The position numbers and the translations under genes were made by a program. Shown here in pieces: positions 49,093 through 59,423 of a stretch of 64,000 nt of DNA; within the stretch, counting starts at the first letter, position 1; the number at the start of each line of letters is the position of its first letter. This DNA is from an uncultured bacterium (GTDB taxonomy: Bacteria; Chloroflexota; UBA5177; JANWHV01), in assembly GCA_963827235.1 (NCBI GenBank), contig CAWHAE010000009.1, positions 1,216,001 to 1,280,000 on the forward strand, read 5' to 3'. Below the pieces are notes generated by a model. It ran no database searches and was not told the origin of the DNA. It saw only the letters and a program-made list of their open reading frames with translations.

Positions 49093-49339
49093 CGCTCACT
49101 CCCTCACACGCGCACGGCCGGATGCGACCCGGGTCGCCAGTCGCAATGAGCCCAGCCTCCCGGAACACGCGCCCCGCATATGTATGTAGGATACCGTACG
49201 GCGGAATTCGGGCCATTTAGCGCGAGATACGCCTGGTAACCGGCCGGCGGCTTGGCAGACTGGCGGCTGGCCCGTTCGGTCCGGGTTAGCTGCCGCCGGT
49301 CTTGGCCGTGGACGGAAGCGTCGAGGGTCCTCGCGACGA

Positions 49340-49684
49340 TCAGCCGGCGCTACCCGGGTCCGGCGGCGCCCCGGTACATGTGCCGCACGGGCAAAGCGAT
49401 CGGAGCAGCGAGAACGTATAGAAGCCGCTGTCGTGCCCGTCGCCCCAGACGGGCTGCAACGCATAGCGGCCGACCTCGTGAATGTCGACGAGCGTGCACT
49501 GGTCGCTGGTGAACGACGTGTACTCGTCGACGAGGCCGGGCCTGCCCATCTCGCCGCTGCAGACGGCGCACGGGCAATGCGGCCGCAGATCGGCCAGCTC
49601 ATAGATACTCTCGTGCCCGTCCTGCCACGCGATGCGCAACAGTCCCTGCTCGGGATCGCAGACGATCTCGGCCGGGCGGATCAT
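49340..49684 (-). CDS. DUF971 (GBBH-like N-terminal) Zn/Fe-binding protein
   Basis: IAWQDGH, LRPHCPCAVC, VGRYAL..WGDGHDSGFY, extra CPCGTC. Confidence 0.85.
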   Translation of the reverse strand: MIRPAEIVCDPEQGLLRIAWQDGHESIYELADLRPHCPCAVCSGEMGRPGLVDEYTSFTSDQCTLVDIHEVGRYALQPVWGDGHDSGFYTFSLLRSLCPCGTCTGAPPDPGSAG

Positions 49685-49721
49685 TCCAGCAGCACTTTCG
49701 ACCACGGCACGGTCTCCTCGG

Positions 49722-50669
49722 CTACACGGTGAGCTCATCCGTCGGACGCTTGCGCGCCGGCCAGCGATCTCGCAGCGGCAGGGCGCCGGCCAGCGGCGCG
49801 AATCCCTCGCCGAGCACGGTGGACGCCACGGACACGACGAGAAAGGCCTTCGGGTCTATGGCCTGGACGAGAGAGCGTAGCATGGGCTCCTCGGCCCGGT
49901 CAAGCACGCACAGCAGCACGGGACGGTCCTCGCCCGTGTAGCCGCCGGTTGCCTGCAGCACGGTGACGCCGCGCTCCATGTCGAGCATGATACGCGTGCA
50001 GATCTCCTCCGCGTCGTTGGACACCACCAGGGCCAGGCGCTCGCCCGACGTGCCCTCGAGGGTCCAGTCGATGGCCTTGCCGCTCACGTACAGGCCGACC
50101 AGGCTGTAGAGCGCCAGCTCGGGCCCGAAGGCCAGCCCGGTCAGGGCGATGATAACGCCGTCCACGATCACCTGCAGTATGCCGACGCTCTCGCGCGTGA
50201 TATCCTGCAGCAACCTGGCGATGATCGTCGTACCGCCGGTGGAGGCGCCGGTGCCGAAGATCAGCCCGATGCCGATCCCGATGATCACGCCGCCGTACAG
50301 GGAGGCCAGGAAGGCGTCGCGCGTGAGAGGAAGCTTCACCAGGTGGGCCATGGGATCGACGGTGGCCGAGAAGATGGCCACCGACACGAGGGTGCGAATG
50401 GTGAAACGCAGGCCGCCGAGGAAGACGAAACCGGCCAGCAGCAGCGGCACGTTCAGGGCAAAGACGATGGGGCCGGTCGGCACGCCCCATTTGTAGTGCG
50501 CGATGATGGCGAGCCCGCTCACACCTCCCGAAGAGAGCTTGGCGGGGATCAGGAACAGAGCGAAGCCGGCAGTGAATAGCAGCGTCGCGGCGACCAGAAT
50601 GGTGTAGTCACGGATGAGTGCGCGCACGGTCAATAAGATAGCACTTGCGGCAACTGCCCTTACTTTCAT
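49722..50669 (-). CDS. YitT-family membrane protein (start uncertain)
   Basis: GGVSGLA, LNVPLL, ASTGGTTII, RGVT...GGYTGE, IDPKAF. Confidence 0.9.
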   Translation of the reverse strand: MKVRAVAASAILLTVRALIRDYTILVAATLLFTAGFALFLIPAKLSSGGVSGLAIIAHYKWGVPTGPIVFALNVPLLLAGFVFLGGLRFTIRTLVSVAIFSATVDPMAHLVKLPLTRDAFLASLYGGVIIGIGIGLIFGTGASTGGTTIIARLLQDITRESVGILQVIVDGVIIALTGLAFGPELALYSLVGLYVSGKAIDWTLEGTSGERLALVVSNDAEEICTRIMLDMERGVTVLQATGGYTGEDRPVLLCVLDRAEEPMLRSLVQAIDPKAFLVVSVASTVLGEGFAPLAGALPLRDRWPARKRPTDELTV

Positions 50670-50774
50670 AGACTACGGTGTGGATTCCATTGGCAGCCCG
50701 CGCCGCGATTGGCGAAACGGCCGAGAGTTCGTACGGCGCGCGGTGCGAGTCGCGGTGGCCGCTGGGGGGCGGTA

Positions 50775-51797
50775 ATGCTAGAGACACAAACGAAGCAACC
50801 CGGTTCAGATGCCCCGTCCGGCTGGGATGGCCGCGACCTGCTCGAGGTACGGAATCTCACGGTCGACTTCTACACCCCGCGCGGAGCAGCCCGCGCCGTG
50901 GACAACGTCTCGTTCAGCATCGCTCCGGGCGAGGTCTTTGGGCTGGCAGGCGAGTCCGGCTGCGGCAAGAGCACGGCCGCGCACGCGATCATGCGGTTGA
51001 TCAAGAGCCCGGGCAAGATCACCGGCGGCGAGGTCCTGTTCAAGGGCCGGAGTGTCATGGGGCTGAACGCCGAGGAGTTGCGGCGCTTCCGCTGGAGCGA
51101 GGTCTCCATCGTCTTCCAGAGTGCCATGAACGCCCTCAACCCGGTGATGTCGCTGGGCGACCAGCTGGAGGACGCCATTCGGGCGCACGAGACGGTGAGC
51201 AAGAAGGAGGCCATGGAGCGGGCGGCCGAGCTGTTTGACCTGGTGGGCATTGCCAACACGCGCTTGAAGAGCTATCCGCACGAGCTGTCCGGCGGCATGC
51301 GCCAGCGATCCGTGATTGCCATGGCCCTGGCACTCCGTCCGGCGCTGGTGATCATGGACGAGCCCACGACCGCGCTCGACGTGGTGGTGCAGCGCGACAT
51401 CTTGCAGCAGATCGAAGATCTTCAGGTCAAGCTTGGCTTTTCCATCCTGTTCATCACGCACGATCTCTCGCTGCTGGTCGAGTTTTCCACGCGCCTGGCG
51501 ATCATGTACGCCGGGCGCATCGTGGAGTTCGCGCCCGCCGCGGAGCTCTTCTCGAATCCGCTGCATCCGTACACGCTCGGACTGATGAACTCGTTCCCGT
51601 CGATCCGGGGGGAGAAGAAGCAGCTGCAGGGCATTCCCGGTACCTTGCCCGACCTAGTGAACACTCCGCCGGGCTGCCGCTTCGCGCCGCGCTGCCCTCG
51701 TGTGATGGGCCGCTGCACGGCGCTCGACCCTGTGCTGCGCGAGGTGACACCGGGACACTGGGCGGCCTGTTACCTGTATGACGAAACGAGGGGCTGA
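50775..51797 (+). CDS. oppD: Oligopeptide ABC ATP-binding protein (OppD-like)
   Basis: [27 protein letters not shown]-terminal GCRFAPRC. Confidence 0.85.
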   Translation: MLETQTKQPGSDAPSGWDGRDLLEVRNLTVDFYTPRGAARAVDNVSFSIAPGEVFGLAGESGCGKSTAAHAIMRLIKSPGKITGGEVLFKGRSVMGLNAEELRRFRWSEVSIVFQSAMNALNPVMSLGDQLEDAIRAHETVSKKEAMERAAELFDLVGIANTRLKSYPHELSGGMRQRSVIAMALALRPALVIMDEPTTALDVVVQRDILQQIEDLQVKLGFSILFITHDLSLLVEFSTRLAIMYAGRIVEFAPAAELFSNPLHPYTLGLMNSFPSIRGEKKQLQGIPGTLPDLVNTPPGCRFAPRCPRVMGRCTALDPVLREVTPGHWAACYLYDETRG

Positions 51798-51798
51798 G

Positions 51799-52824
51799 AT
51801 GATCCAGGGGCAGTCTAGCGACGTCGTGATGGATGTCCGCAAGCTGTGCAAGTGGTTCCCGATCGGCGCCAACCTTCCGTTTGGCATTGGCGGCGGGCAG
51901 AAGCAGATCCACGCGGTAGACGACGTGAGCTTCACGCTCCGTCGCGGCCAGATCATTGCCCTCGTGGGTGAGAGCGGCAGCGGCAAGAGCACCATCGCCC
52001 GCGTGCTCGTGGGCCTCTATCCCGCGACGTCAGGCGAGGTGTTGTTTCACGGCCAGAACATCACCAAGCTGCATGGCCGGCGTGCCCTGCTGAACTATCG
52101 CGGCCGCGTGCAGATGGTCTTCCAGGACCCCTTCGGATCCCTGAATCCGGTGAAGACGATCGCGCACCACATCCAGCGACCGCTCAGCATTCACAAGCGG
52201 CAGAGCGGGCGGAACCGCACCGGGAGCACGGTGGTGGAGCTGCTGCGAGCGGTCGGCCTGACGCCGCCGGAGGAAGTGGCCAAGAAATACCCGCACCAGC
52301 TCTCGGGCGGCCAGCGGCAGCGTGTCTCGTTCGCGCGTGCCCTTGCCGTGAATCCGGAAGTGATCCTGGCCGACGAGCCGATCAGCATGCTCGACGTGTC
52401 CATACGCATGGGCATTCTGAACCTGATGGCGGGACTGCGCACGGAGCGCGGGCTCTCGTACCTCTACATCACGCACGACATTGCCAGCGCGAGGTACATC
52501 GCGGACGATACGATCGTGCTCTACGCCGGCCAGGCGGTGGAGCAGTCGGCGAGTGAAGAGCTGATGATGGAGCCGCTGCATCCGTATACGCAGCTGCTGT
52601 TGAGCGCCGTGCCCGATCCCAGCATGGGACTGAGCAAGAAGCGCATCGAGGCGCGGGGCGCCATCCCGACGGTGATCGACCCCAAGCCGGGCTGCCGCTT
52701 TGCCAATCGCTGCCCGCACGTGATGCCCGTGTGCCGGTCGACTACGCCGCAATTCGTCGAGGTCAAGCCCGCCCACCAGGTTCGCTGTCACCTTTACGGC
52801 ACGACGAGCATGGTCGGATCGTAG
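51799..52824 (+). CDS. oppF: Oligopeptide ABC ATP-binding protein (OppF-like)
   Basis: [36 protein letters not shown]. Confidence 0.85.
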   Translation: MIQGQSSDVVMDVRKLCKWFPIGANLPFGIGGGQKQIHAVDDVSFTLRRGQIIALVGESGSGKSTIARVLVGLYPATSGEVLFHGQNITKLHGRRALLNYRGRVQMVFQDPFGSLNPVKTIAHHIQRPLSIHKRQSGRNRTGSTVVELLRAVGLTPPEEVAKKYPHQLSGGQRQRVSFARALAVNPEVILADEPISMLDVSIRMGILNLMAGLRTERGLSYLYITHDIASARYIADDTIVLYAGQAVEQSASEELMMEPLHPYTQLLLSAVPDPSMGLSKKRIEARGAIPTVIDPKPGCRFANRCPHVMPVCRSTTPQFVEVKPAHQVRCHLYGTTSMVGS

Positions 52825-53083
52825 GAGCAAGCGACAAGAGGTCACAGATACTGGTCCGTGACCTCAACGTCCCACGGGCTCTGAGTATCCACGTGCGACC
52901 TCGTGCTTCAGCCGCATGGGCCTGTCAAGCGCCAACGATGCTATTGCCAACCTTTGTGGCACTGGTGTATGAAACTGGTGTGTTTCTCCGTATGAAGGCC
53001 GCGCCGATGCAGACGCATGGCTCCTCGCTCTTGCCCGGACTGCATGCAATCGGATGGCCGGACCACACGTAGCAAGGCCGGTG

Positions 53084-54040
53084 ATGGCAGCACCTCTAGT
53101 GGCCAGCGTGATTATCCCGGTCAGGAACGGGGGGCTGACGTGCGAGCGCACGCTGCGCGCCGTGCTGGCACAGCATCTGGACAGCGCCTTCGAGGTCGTG
53201 CTCGTCGACTCGGAGTCCACCGACCAGACAGTGGAGACCGCCAAGCGTCTGTTCTCGAGCAGCGAGACCAATCCCGCGGGCGTTGAGCTCCAGCTGATCC
53301 AGATCCCGGTGCGCGAGTTCGGCCACGGGCGGACGCGGAACCTGGGTGCTCGCCGCGCGCGAGGCACGTACCTGGTGTACCTGAGCCACGACGCAACCCC
53401 AGTGGGCGAGAGCTGGCTGGAGCGTTTCTTGCGGCCATTCGAAGACGAGCAGGTGGCCGGTGCGTTCTGCAGGCAGGTCGCGACGCGCGAGGCTCGCCTG
53501 TCGGAGCGATTCATGCTCCGGTCGACGTATCCACCTGAGTCCTCTATTCGCACTCGGAACTCCCTCCAGTCTTTCGGCGCCACGCACATCCAGTTCTCGA
53601 ACGCGGCAAGCACCGTGCGGCGCGACGTCTGGCAGCTCTTCCCTTTCGACGAGGACTTGATGGTTTGCGAGGATCAGGACTGGGGGACTCGCGTGCTCCA
53701 GGCCGGATATCTGATCCATTACCTGGCGGACGTATGCGTCAGTCACACGCACAGGGACTCCTTGCTGCGCATGCTGTCACGCAATTTCGACTATGCGATC
53801 TCGAATCGACGTTCGGCATACACGAAGGTGTCTGCGACAAGCTATGCCCGGTATCTGCGCAGTGAGGCGGGCTACATACGCAGACATGGCGGTGTAGGCG
53901 CCCTGCCGGAGATGTTCGCCGTTGAGATGGCGCGCAGCACCGGATACTTCCTTGGCACACATGGTGGGAGACTGCCGAAGAAGCTCTGCATGCGCTTGAC
54001 CAGCTATCCGCTCTGGTTCGATTCTGCCAGGGGCAAGTAG
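53084..54040 (+). CDS. GT2 glycosyltransferase (rhamnosyltransferase-like)
   Basis: SVIIPVRNG, VDSESTD, FGHGRTRN, SHDATP, FSNAAS, EDQDW. Confidence 0.88.
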   Translation: MAAPLVASVIIPVRNGGLTCERTLRAVLAQHLDSAFEVVLVDSESTDQTVETAKRLFSSSETNPAGVELQLIQIPVREFGHGRTRNLGARRARGTYLVYLSHDATPVGESWLERFLRPFEDEQVAGAFCRQVATREARLSERFMLRSTYPPESSIRTRNSLQSFGATHIQFSNAASTVRRDVWQLFPFDEDLMVCEDQDWGTRVLQAGYLIHYLADVCVSHTHRDSLLRMLSRNFDYAISNRRSAYTKVSATSYARYLRSEAGYIRRHGGVGALPEMFAVEMARSTGYFLGTHGGRLPKKLCMRLTSYPLWFDSARGK

Positions 54041-54047
54041 CACAAGA

Positions 54048-54524
54048 ATGGAGCAGGGGATGATCGACGGTGTCAAGCTCATCGATCTCACGACCAACGA
54101 GGACGACCGGGGATACCTGATCGAGATCGCGCGGCACAGCAACGATCCGGCGGCGCACGGCGTCGTGCATCAGTTTGGCCAGGTCTACCTGGTGGGCGAT
54201 CAGGTGCGAGGCAGCATACGCGCCTTCCACAAACACGCGGAATTGTGGGACTGGTTTTGCATCACACATGGGAGCGCGAAGTTCGTGCTCAAAGACGACA
54301 GGCAATCGTCCCCAACCTTCGGCGAGCTCGTGAGCGTGATCGGGAGTGCGCGAAGGCCGCGCCTCATCGTGGTGCCGCCCGGCGTCTATCATGGCTGGAT
54401 GTCGCTGGAAGACGACACGCAGATGATCAGCATTGCCAGCCACACCTACAACCAGGCGCAACCGGACGAGGTGCGCATTCCACCGGATGCCTTCGGCGAC
54501 GTCTGGACCGTGAAGGGCAGGTAG
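54048..54524 (+). CDS. RmlC-like cupin NDP-4-keto-6-deoxyhexose 3,5-epimerase
   Basis: DDRGYLIE, RAFHKH, DDRQSSPTFG, VPPGVYHG. Confidence 0.85.
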   Translation: MEQGMIDGVKLIDLTTNEDDRGYLIEIARHSNDPAAHGVVHQFGQVYLVGDQVRGSIRAFHKHAELWDWFCITHGSAKFVLKDDRQSSPTFGELVSVIGSARRPRLIVVPPGVYHGWMSLEDDTQMISIASHTYNQAQPDEVRIPPDAFGDVWTVKGR

Positions 54525-54526
54525 GC

Positions 54527-55639
54527 ATGAGCACGATACTGGTGGTCGGCGGCGCCGGATATGTAGGGTCGGTGCTTTCCGCCGAGCTGCTCGAGCGCGG
54601 CTACGCGGTGCGGGTATTCGACCGGATGTTCTTCGGCTACAACGGCCTCAAGGAGATTCGCGATCGTGTCGAAGTCGTGGTCGGCGACATGCGCGAGATC
54701 GATCCCACTGTGCTGGACGGCGTGTCGGCGGTCGTCAACGTAGCCGGACTTTCAAACGACCCCACCGCCGAGTACAACCCGCAGGCGAACGTGGAAATGA
54801 ACACGATCGCTACGCGCGCGCTCGCGGAGATGTGCAAGCAGCACGGCGTGAACCGCTATGTGTTCGCCTCATCGTGCTCGATATACGATCGGGGCGTCGG
54901 ACGCGATCAGCAGGACATCCTGCAGGATGAGACGTCGGACGTCAACCCCCGCGCCGCCTATTCCAGCTCCAAGTTCGCCGCGGAGCGTGCGCTGATCGAG
55001 CTGGCAGACGAGCGATTCTGCCCGGTCATTCTGCGCAAAGGGACGGTTTACGGCTTCTCTCACCGGATGCGTTATGACCTCGTGGTAAACACGTTTCTCA
55101 AGGATGCCCTGTCGAAGGGCGTGATGACGTTGTACTACGGCGGTGAGATGTGGCGGCCGCTCGTAGACGTGCGCGATGCGGCCAGGGCATATGTGACGTG
55201 CATCGAGGCCGACGCGTCCGTCGTGCGCGGCGAGATCTTCAACGTGTCGTTTCAGAATGTGCGCATCTCGGAGCTGGCCCTGCGCATGAGAGAGACGCTG
55301 TCAAGTCTCGGCATTCAGGTTGAGATTCGCCCGGAGTATGCCTATAAGACCGTGCGAAGCTACCGCGTGTCCGCGCAGAAGATCGAGCGTGTGCTGGGCT
55401 TTCGCCCGTCTGTAACGATCGAGGAATCGGTCGCCGCCATGGTGGAGAAGATTCGCAAGTACGGGCTGACCGACTACGACAGTCCACGCTACTACAACAT
55501 CCAGTGGATGCGGCTGCTGGAGGACGCGCAACGCATCATCAATGTCACGGGATCGGTATTCGGACTTCGCGACGCGGAGTCCGCCGCGGACGGTTTTCAG
55601 ACGTTCAAGCCGAGGTCGGTGTCGGGGGTTGGCGTGTAG
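54527..55639 (+). CDS. Extended SDR NDP-sugar epimerase/dehydratase
   Basis: VGGAGYVG, ASSCSIY, YSSSK, RYDLVVN, WRPLVDVRD. Confidence 0.9.
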   Translation: MSTILVVGGAGYVGSVLSAELLERGYAVRVFDRMFFGYNGLKEIRDRVEVVVGDMREIDPTVLDGVSAVVNVAGLSNDPTAEYNPQANVEMNTIATRALAEMCKQHGVNRYVFASSCSIYDRGVGRDQQDILQDETSDVNPRAAYSSSKFAAERALIELADERFCPVILRKGTVYGFSHRMRYDLVVNTFLKDALSKGVMTLYYGGEMWRPLVDVRDAARAYVTCIEADASVVRGEIFNVSFQNVRISELALRMRETLSSLGIQVEIRPEYAYKTVRSYRVSAQKIERVLGFRPSVTIEESVAAMVEKIRKYGLTDYDSPRYYNIQWMRLLEDAQRIINVTGSVFGLRDAESAADGFQTFKPRSVSGVGV

Positions 55640-55967
55640 CGAGGTCCGGCCGGCGTGACAGCCATCGTGCGTGGATATGATGCAGGTGGGTCTCTGGTTC
55701 TCCTGGCGACCATCTGAAGAAACGAGCGAGCAGGGCTACGGAGTGGTCGCCCATGGACCCCTGCAGGTGCGGCATAGCGGTGGCGACAGCCATCGGCTGG
55801 GCGCGGCCATCCTTGCGCCAAGCGGGGGATTCATCCACACACCGCACCCGTGGTCTACTAGTGCTGGGTGCCTCGAATGGGGAGCCGGAGGACGGGCCGG
55901 CATTCGACTCGACCCTTACTCGGGCTCTGGCAAGATGCCGCTGGGCGTCACACTGAGGAGCATCGGA

Positions 55968-58193
55968 ATGCATGGATCTGGCCAACTGACGGCGAGCATT
56001 ATCGTGCCAACCCGCAACGGTGGGAGCGTGTGGCGCGAGACGCTTCGCGCTATCTTGAGCCAGGAGGATACCGCGATCGTCGAGCTCATCGTCGTGGACT
56101 CAGACTCGTCGGATGGAACGTTTGAGGCCACGGAACAGATCTGCGCCGATCCTGCCTGCAACCCGAGTGCCGTCCCGCTCCGCCTTACGCGCATTCCCGT
56201 GCACGCGTTCGGCCACGGTCACACGCGCAACAGAGCGGCGGCAACGGCGTCCGGCGACGTGCTTGTCTTCCTGAGCCAGGACGCGACGCCCGCGAACAGC
56301 TCCTGGCTAGCAGAACTCTTGCGTTCGTTCGAAGACCCACGGGCCGCCGGTGCGTTTTGCAGGCAGATAGCGCGCGGCGCAGCCTCCGTACCGGAGCGAT
56401 TCAACATCGAGATGGGCTTTCCGGAGGAGAGCAGAACTATCTCACGCGAGGCGATCGGCAAGACCAGCGTGCTGTTCTCGAATGCCGCCAGTGCCATCCG
56501 CCGAGGCGTGTGGCAGGCGATCCCCTTTGACGAGGATCTGCTGATGTGCGAGGACCAGCACTGGGCCCTGGAGGCGCTGCGCGCGGGGCATACGATCGTG
56601 TACAACGCGAGCGCAGCCGTCCTGCATTCCCACCAGTACTCGTGGCGCACCCTCGTATCGAGGTATTTCGACTCCATCGCCTTCCTGCCCGACGAGATGC
56701 AGCGCGCCGGTGCGCAAGGTTACCGTGCCTACTTGCGCCGGGAGATTGCCTATGTCGCGGCACGCGGGGGATTGCGCGGTCTGCCCGGGCTTGCCGGTTA
56801 CGAGACCGGCCGCATGATCGGATATGGCCTGGCTGTGAACAGGCGGCGGCTGCCACGCTGGGTATCTGAGCGTGTATCGAGCTACCCACGCTGGTTTGGC
56901 GGGCGAACAGCCCAGCGGGACGCAAATGTGACGGAGCGTCCTGTGCGGGCGTGCTTCCTGGTGTGCAACACGTCGATGGCCGCCGCCCGCGTGCGGCGCG
57001 AGGCGCAGGTCGTTGCCGGCCAGATGCCGACGACCGTGCTGGCTGTACCCGGGCCGATGTCGATCCTTACCAAAGGATTGAAGGGCGCTCAGCTGTTGCT
57101 TGGCATGGCGGTGGGAGAGCTCGACAGAATAACCTATCGAGACCAGGATGGCTACCGGGCGATACTCGTGCCGTGGCCCGGCAAGGTTGCTGAGTCCCGA
57201 GCGGCACCAGGCAGCACCTCGGGAGAGCAGAGGTCCAGGCTCCCGGCCGGGAGTGCAGTTTCAAGCTTGATCAAGATTAACCTGCGGCTGGCCGTGCTCG
57301 CGTCATACCAGCGTGCGGCAATCTACCATGCACACGACCTCGACACTCTGCCGGCGGCCGCTGCGGCGGCGTTCGTCAACAGGGCGAAGCTCATCTACGA
57401 TGCCCACGAGCTCTGGCCGGAGATGAGTCCGAATCGATCGCGTCGCCTGATGTGGACTGTCCTGGAGAAGTACCTGATCAGGCGCGCCGACTCGGTAGTG
57501 ACCATCAACCGCAGCATAGCGACGGAGCTGACACGCCGGTATGGCGTGCCCTGCAGCGTCCTGTACAACTACCCGACGTTTCATCCCGTGCTGGAGTCCG
57601 ACCCTGCCAGGGCATGGCGTCAGGAGCTAGGCCTTCCGGGGGACGCAGTCGTCGTCCGCTATCACGGGCTGTACCTCCCCGAACGGGGCCTCGAAGAGTT
57701 AGTGAGGGCCGTTCCACTTCTCGACGAGAGGGTGGTCGTCACGTTTCAGGGCTACGGGCCGATCGGCGCCGACCTCAAGAGGTTGGCACAGCAGCTTCAC
57801 GTCGAGAGTCGTGTGTTCTTTCTTGATCCACTCCCCAGCACCGCGCTGGTCGCGGCGGCCTCGGCAGCCGACATCGGCATAGCGCCGTTGCAGAACGCGA
57901 ACGGGAATCTGCGCCTCTGCAGTCCCAACAAGGTCTATGAGTATCTGCATGCGGGCCTTGCCCTTGTGGTGAGCGACTTGCCCGAGCTGCGCGCGATTGT
58001 CGACGATACGGGCGCAGGCACTGTCTGTGATCCCCGCGATCTCGCCTCCGTGGCCGACGCGTTGAATCGGTTGGTGTCGTGCCCGGCAGAGCTGGCGCGC
58101 GCGAGGGAAGCGGCTCGCCGGGCAGCGCCGAGATACAGCTGGGAGCACGTAGGAGAGAGTCTGACGCGGCTCTATGCCGGTCTGACTGGGTAA
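55968..58193 (+). CDS. Bifunctional GT2-GT4 glycosyltransferase
   Basis: GT2: SIIVPTRNG, FGHGHTRN, SQDATP; GT4: YHAHDLDT, YDAHE, SPNKVYEYLHAG; GAGGAG RBS. Confidence 0.85.
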   Translation: MHGSGQLTASIIVPTRNGGSVWRETLRAILSQEDTAIVELIVVDSDSSDGTFEATEQICADPACNPSAVPLRLTRIPVHAFGHGHTRNRAAATASGDVLVFLSQDATPANSSWLAELLRSFEDPRAAGAFCRQIARGAASVPERFNIEMGFPEESRTISREAIGKTSVLFSNAASAIRRGVWQAIPFDEDLLMCEDQHWALEALRAGHTIVYNASAAVLHSHQYSWRTLVSRYFDSIAFLPDEMQRAGAQGYRAYLRREIAYVAARGGLRGLPGLAGYETGRMIGYGLAVNRRRLPRWVSERVSSYPRWFGGRTAQRDANVTERPVRACFLVCNTSMAAARVRREAQVVAGQMPTTVLAVPGPMSILTKGLKGAQLLLGMAVGELDRITYRDQDGYRAILVPWPGKVAESRAAPGSTSGEQRSRLPAGSAVSSLIKINLRLAVLASYQRAAIYHAHDLDTLPAAAAAAFVNRAKLIYDAHELWPEMSPNRSRRLMWTVLEKYLIRRADSVVTINRSIATELTRRYGVPCSVLYNYPTFHPVLESDPARAWRQELGLPGDAVVVRYHGLYLPERGLEELVRAVPLLDERVVVTFQGYGPIGADLKRLAQQLHVESRVFFLDPLPSTALVAAASAADIGIAPLQNANGNLRLCSPNKVYEYLHAGLALVVSDLPELRAIVDDTGAGTVCDPRDLASVADALNRLVSCPAELARAREAARRAAPRYSWEHVGESLTRLYAGLTG

Positions 58194-58266
58194 CAGCGCA
58201 TTCCTGGCCGGAACACTCCCCTTTGCCGCGCTGCAGCCTGATAGAGCTTGGTCCTGTCAGTTCGCC

Positions 58267-59403
58267 TCACGCTCGTTCAAGGTCCGCAAGCAGGGCAGTC
58301 GCCACTCGGTCCGCATCGTGATAACGCTCCACGAACGCTCGGGCTCTTACGGCGAGGGCAGTCCTCAGCTCAGGCTCCAGGATGGCACGTCGCAGGACAT
58401 CGTAGATCGTGGTTGGATCTGCATTCAACAAGGGTAGGTCGTCGTAGGGCTCGTGGGTCCGCCGGCATTCCTCACTGACATACGTGACGACACACTTCTC
58501 TAGAGCCATAGCCTCGATGGCCAGCAGACCATACCAGCCGTAGAGCAACTGATCGACGACGATGTCCGCCCTCTCCATCGCTCGGCGGACCTCGGCATGC
58601 GGCTTGCGCTGGAGGCAGACGTAGTCAAACTCATAGCCTTCATCACGCAGTCTCTGCACAGCCGCTTCAACATGCACCGTGCCCTTCAGCGCAGAATTAC
58701 TGGGCGCGTGTACCACGACAGGGAGCGGGTTGGCGCAGCGCCTTGGCGGCCATTTGGCCAGGTCAATCGGCAGCCACAGAAAGCGATACCTGCGAAGGTA
58801 CTGCGCGTACTCGGGCATGGCATAGACGACATTGGCGAATTGGGCTGCCCTTCGCGCGCGTCGCTCCTTGTCGCGCGCAACGCAAGGTAGCGAGCACGCT
58901 GAGCAGTAGGTGAACGGTCGATGCAATGGCAGAACGGCTGCCCGAGCGCGGATGTCGCAGCCGTTGAAAATCACCGCGACGCGTTTGTTGAGCATGCGGA
59001 GCAGCGGGAGATCGAGGTTTAGGGGCAGGAGCGTCTCTCCATGGACGAATACAAAAGTATCGTAGACAATTAGCGCGCGAAGAGCGCTGAGAAGCCGCAC
59101 AGGCGCGTGCTCGAACCTCCAGAGGCCCTGTAGACCGGTGCTGTCCACCTGGCGGGGAAAAAGGGCGGCACGAACTGCGTTGGCCCGCTTAAGCACTTGG
59201 CCTAGCATACCCGGGTGTACACATCTAGCTGCTGCGGCGCTGCTCGAGATCTCGAACGCATGCTCTACCCAAGTCAAGGAGTCGACGCGAACCCCAAGGC
59301 GCCGGAGCGAGCGAAAGAGCGCAATATTGATAGTGCCGATCTCGCACATGCCGATAAGGACGCGGCGACACGGGTGCTCTCGTCTCCGAAACATCTGCCA
59401 CAT
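58267..59403 (-). CDS. GT-B (GT4-like) glycosyltransferase
   Basis: FNGCDIR, VVHAPSNSALKGT, ADIVVDQLLYGWYGLLAIEAMAL. Confidence 0.85.
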   Translation of the reverse strand: MWQMFRRREHPCRRVLIGMCEIGTINIALFRSLRRLGVRVDSLTWVEHAFEISSSAAAARCVHPGMLGQVLKRANAVRAALFPRQVDSTGLQGLWRFEHAPVRLLSALRALIVYDTFVFVHGETLLPLNLDLPLLRMLNKRVAVIFNGCDIRARAAVLPLHRPFTYCSACSLPCVARDKERRARRAAQFANVVYAMPEYAQYLRRYRFLWLPIDLAKWPPRRCANPLPVVVHAPSNSALKGTVHVEAAVQRLRDEGYEFDYVCLQRKPHAEVRRAMERADIVVDQLLYGWYGLLAIEAMALEKCVVTYVSEECRRTHEPYDDLPLLNADPTTIYDVLRRAILEPELRTALAVRARAFVERYHDADRVATALLADLERA

Positions 59404-59423
59404 GGGTGCTTCCCCGAGCCGGC

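Noticed and set aside
55657-55795. 11-bp direct repeat GACAGCCATCG (55657, 55785) as a target-site duplication or MITE
   Set aside because: No terminal inverted repeats or transposase similarity seen; could be chance
55671-55967. Long N-terminal ORF extensions (here and at 11244-11969, 29178-29597, 34062-34301, 54245-54526)
   Set aside because: They overlap neighbouring genes or lack family similarity; better RBS or coupled starts usually lie downstream
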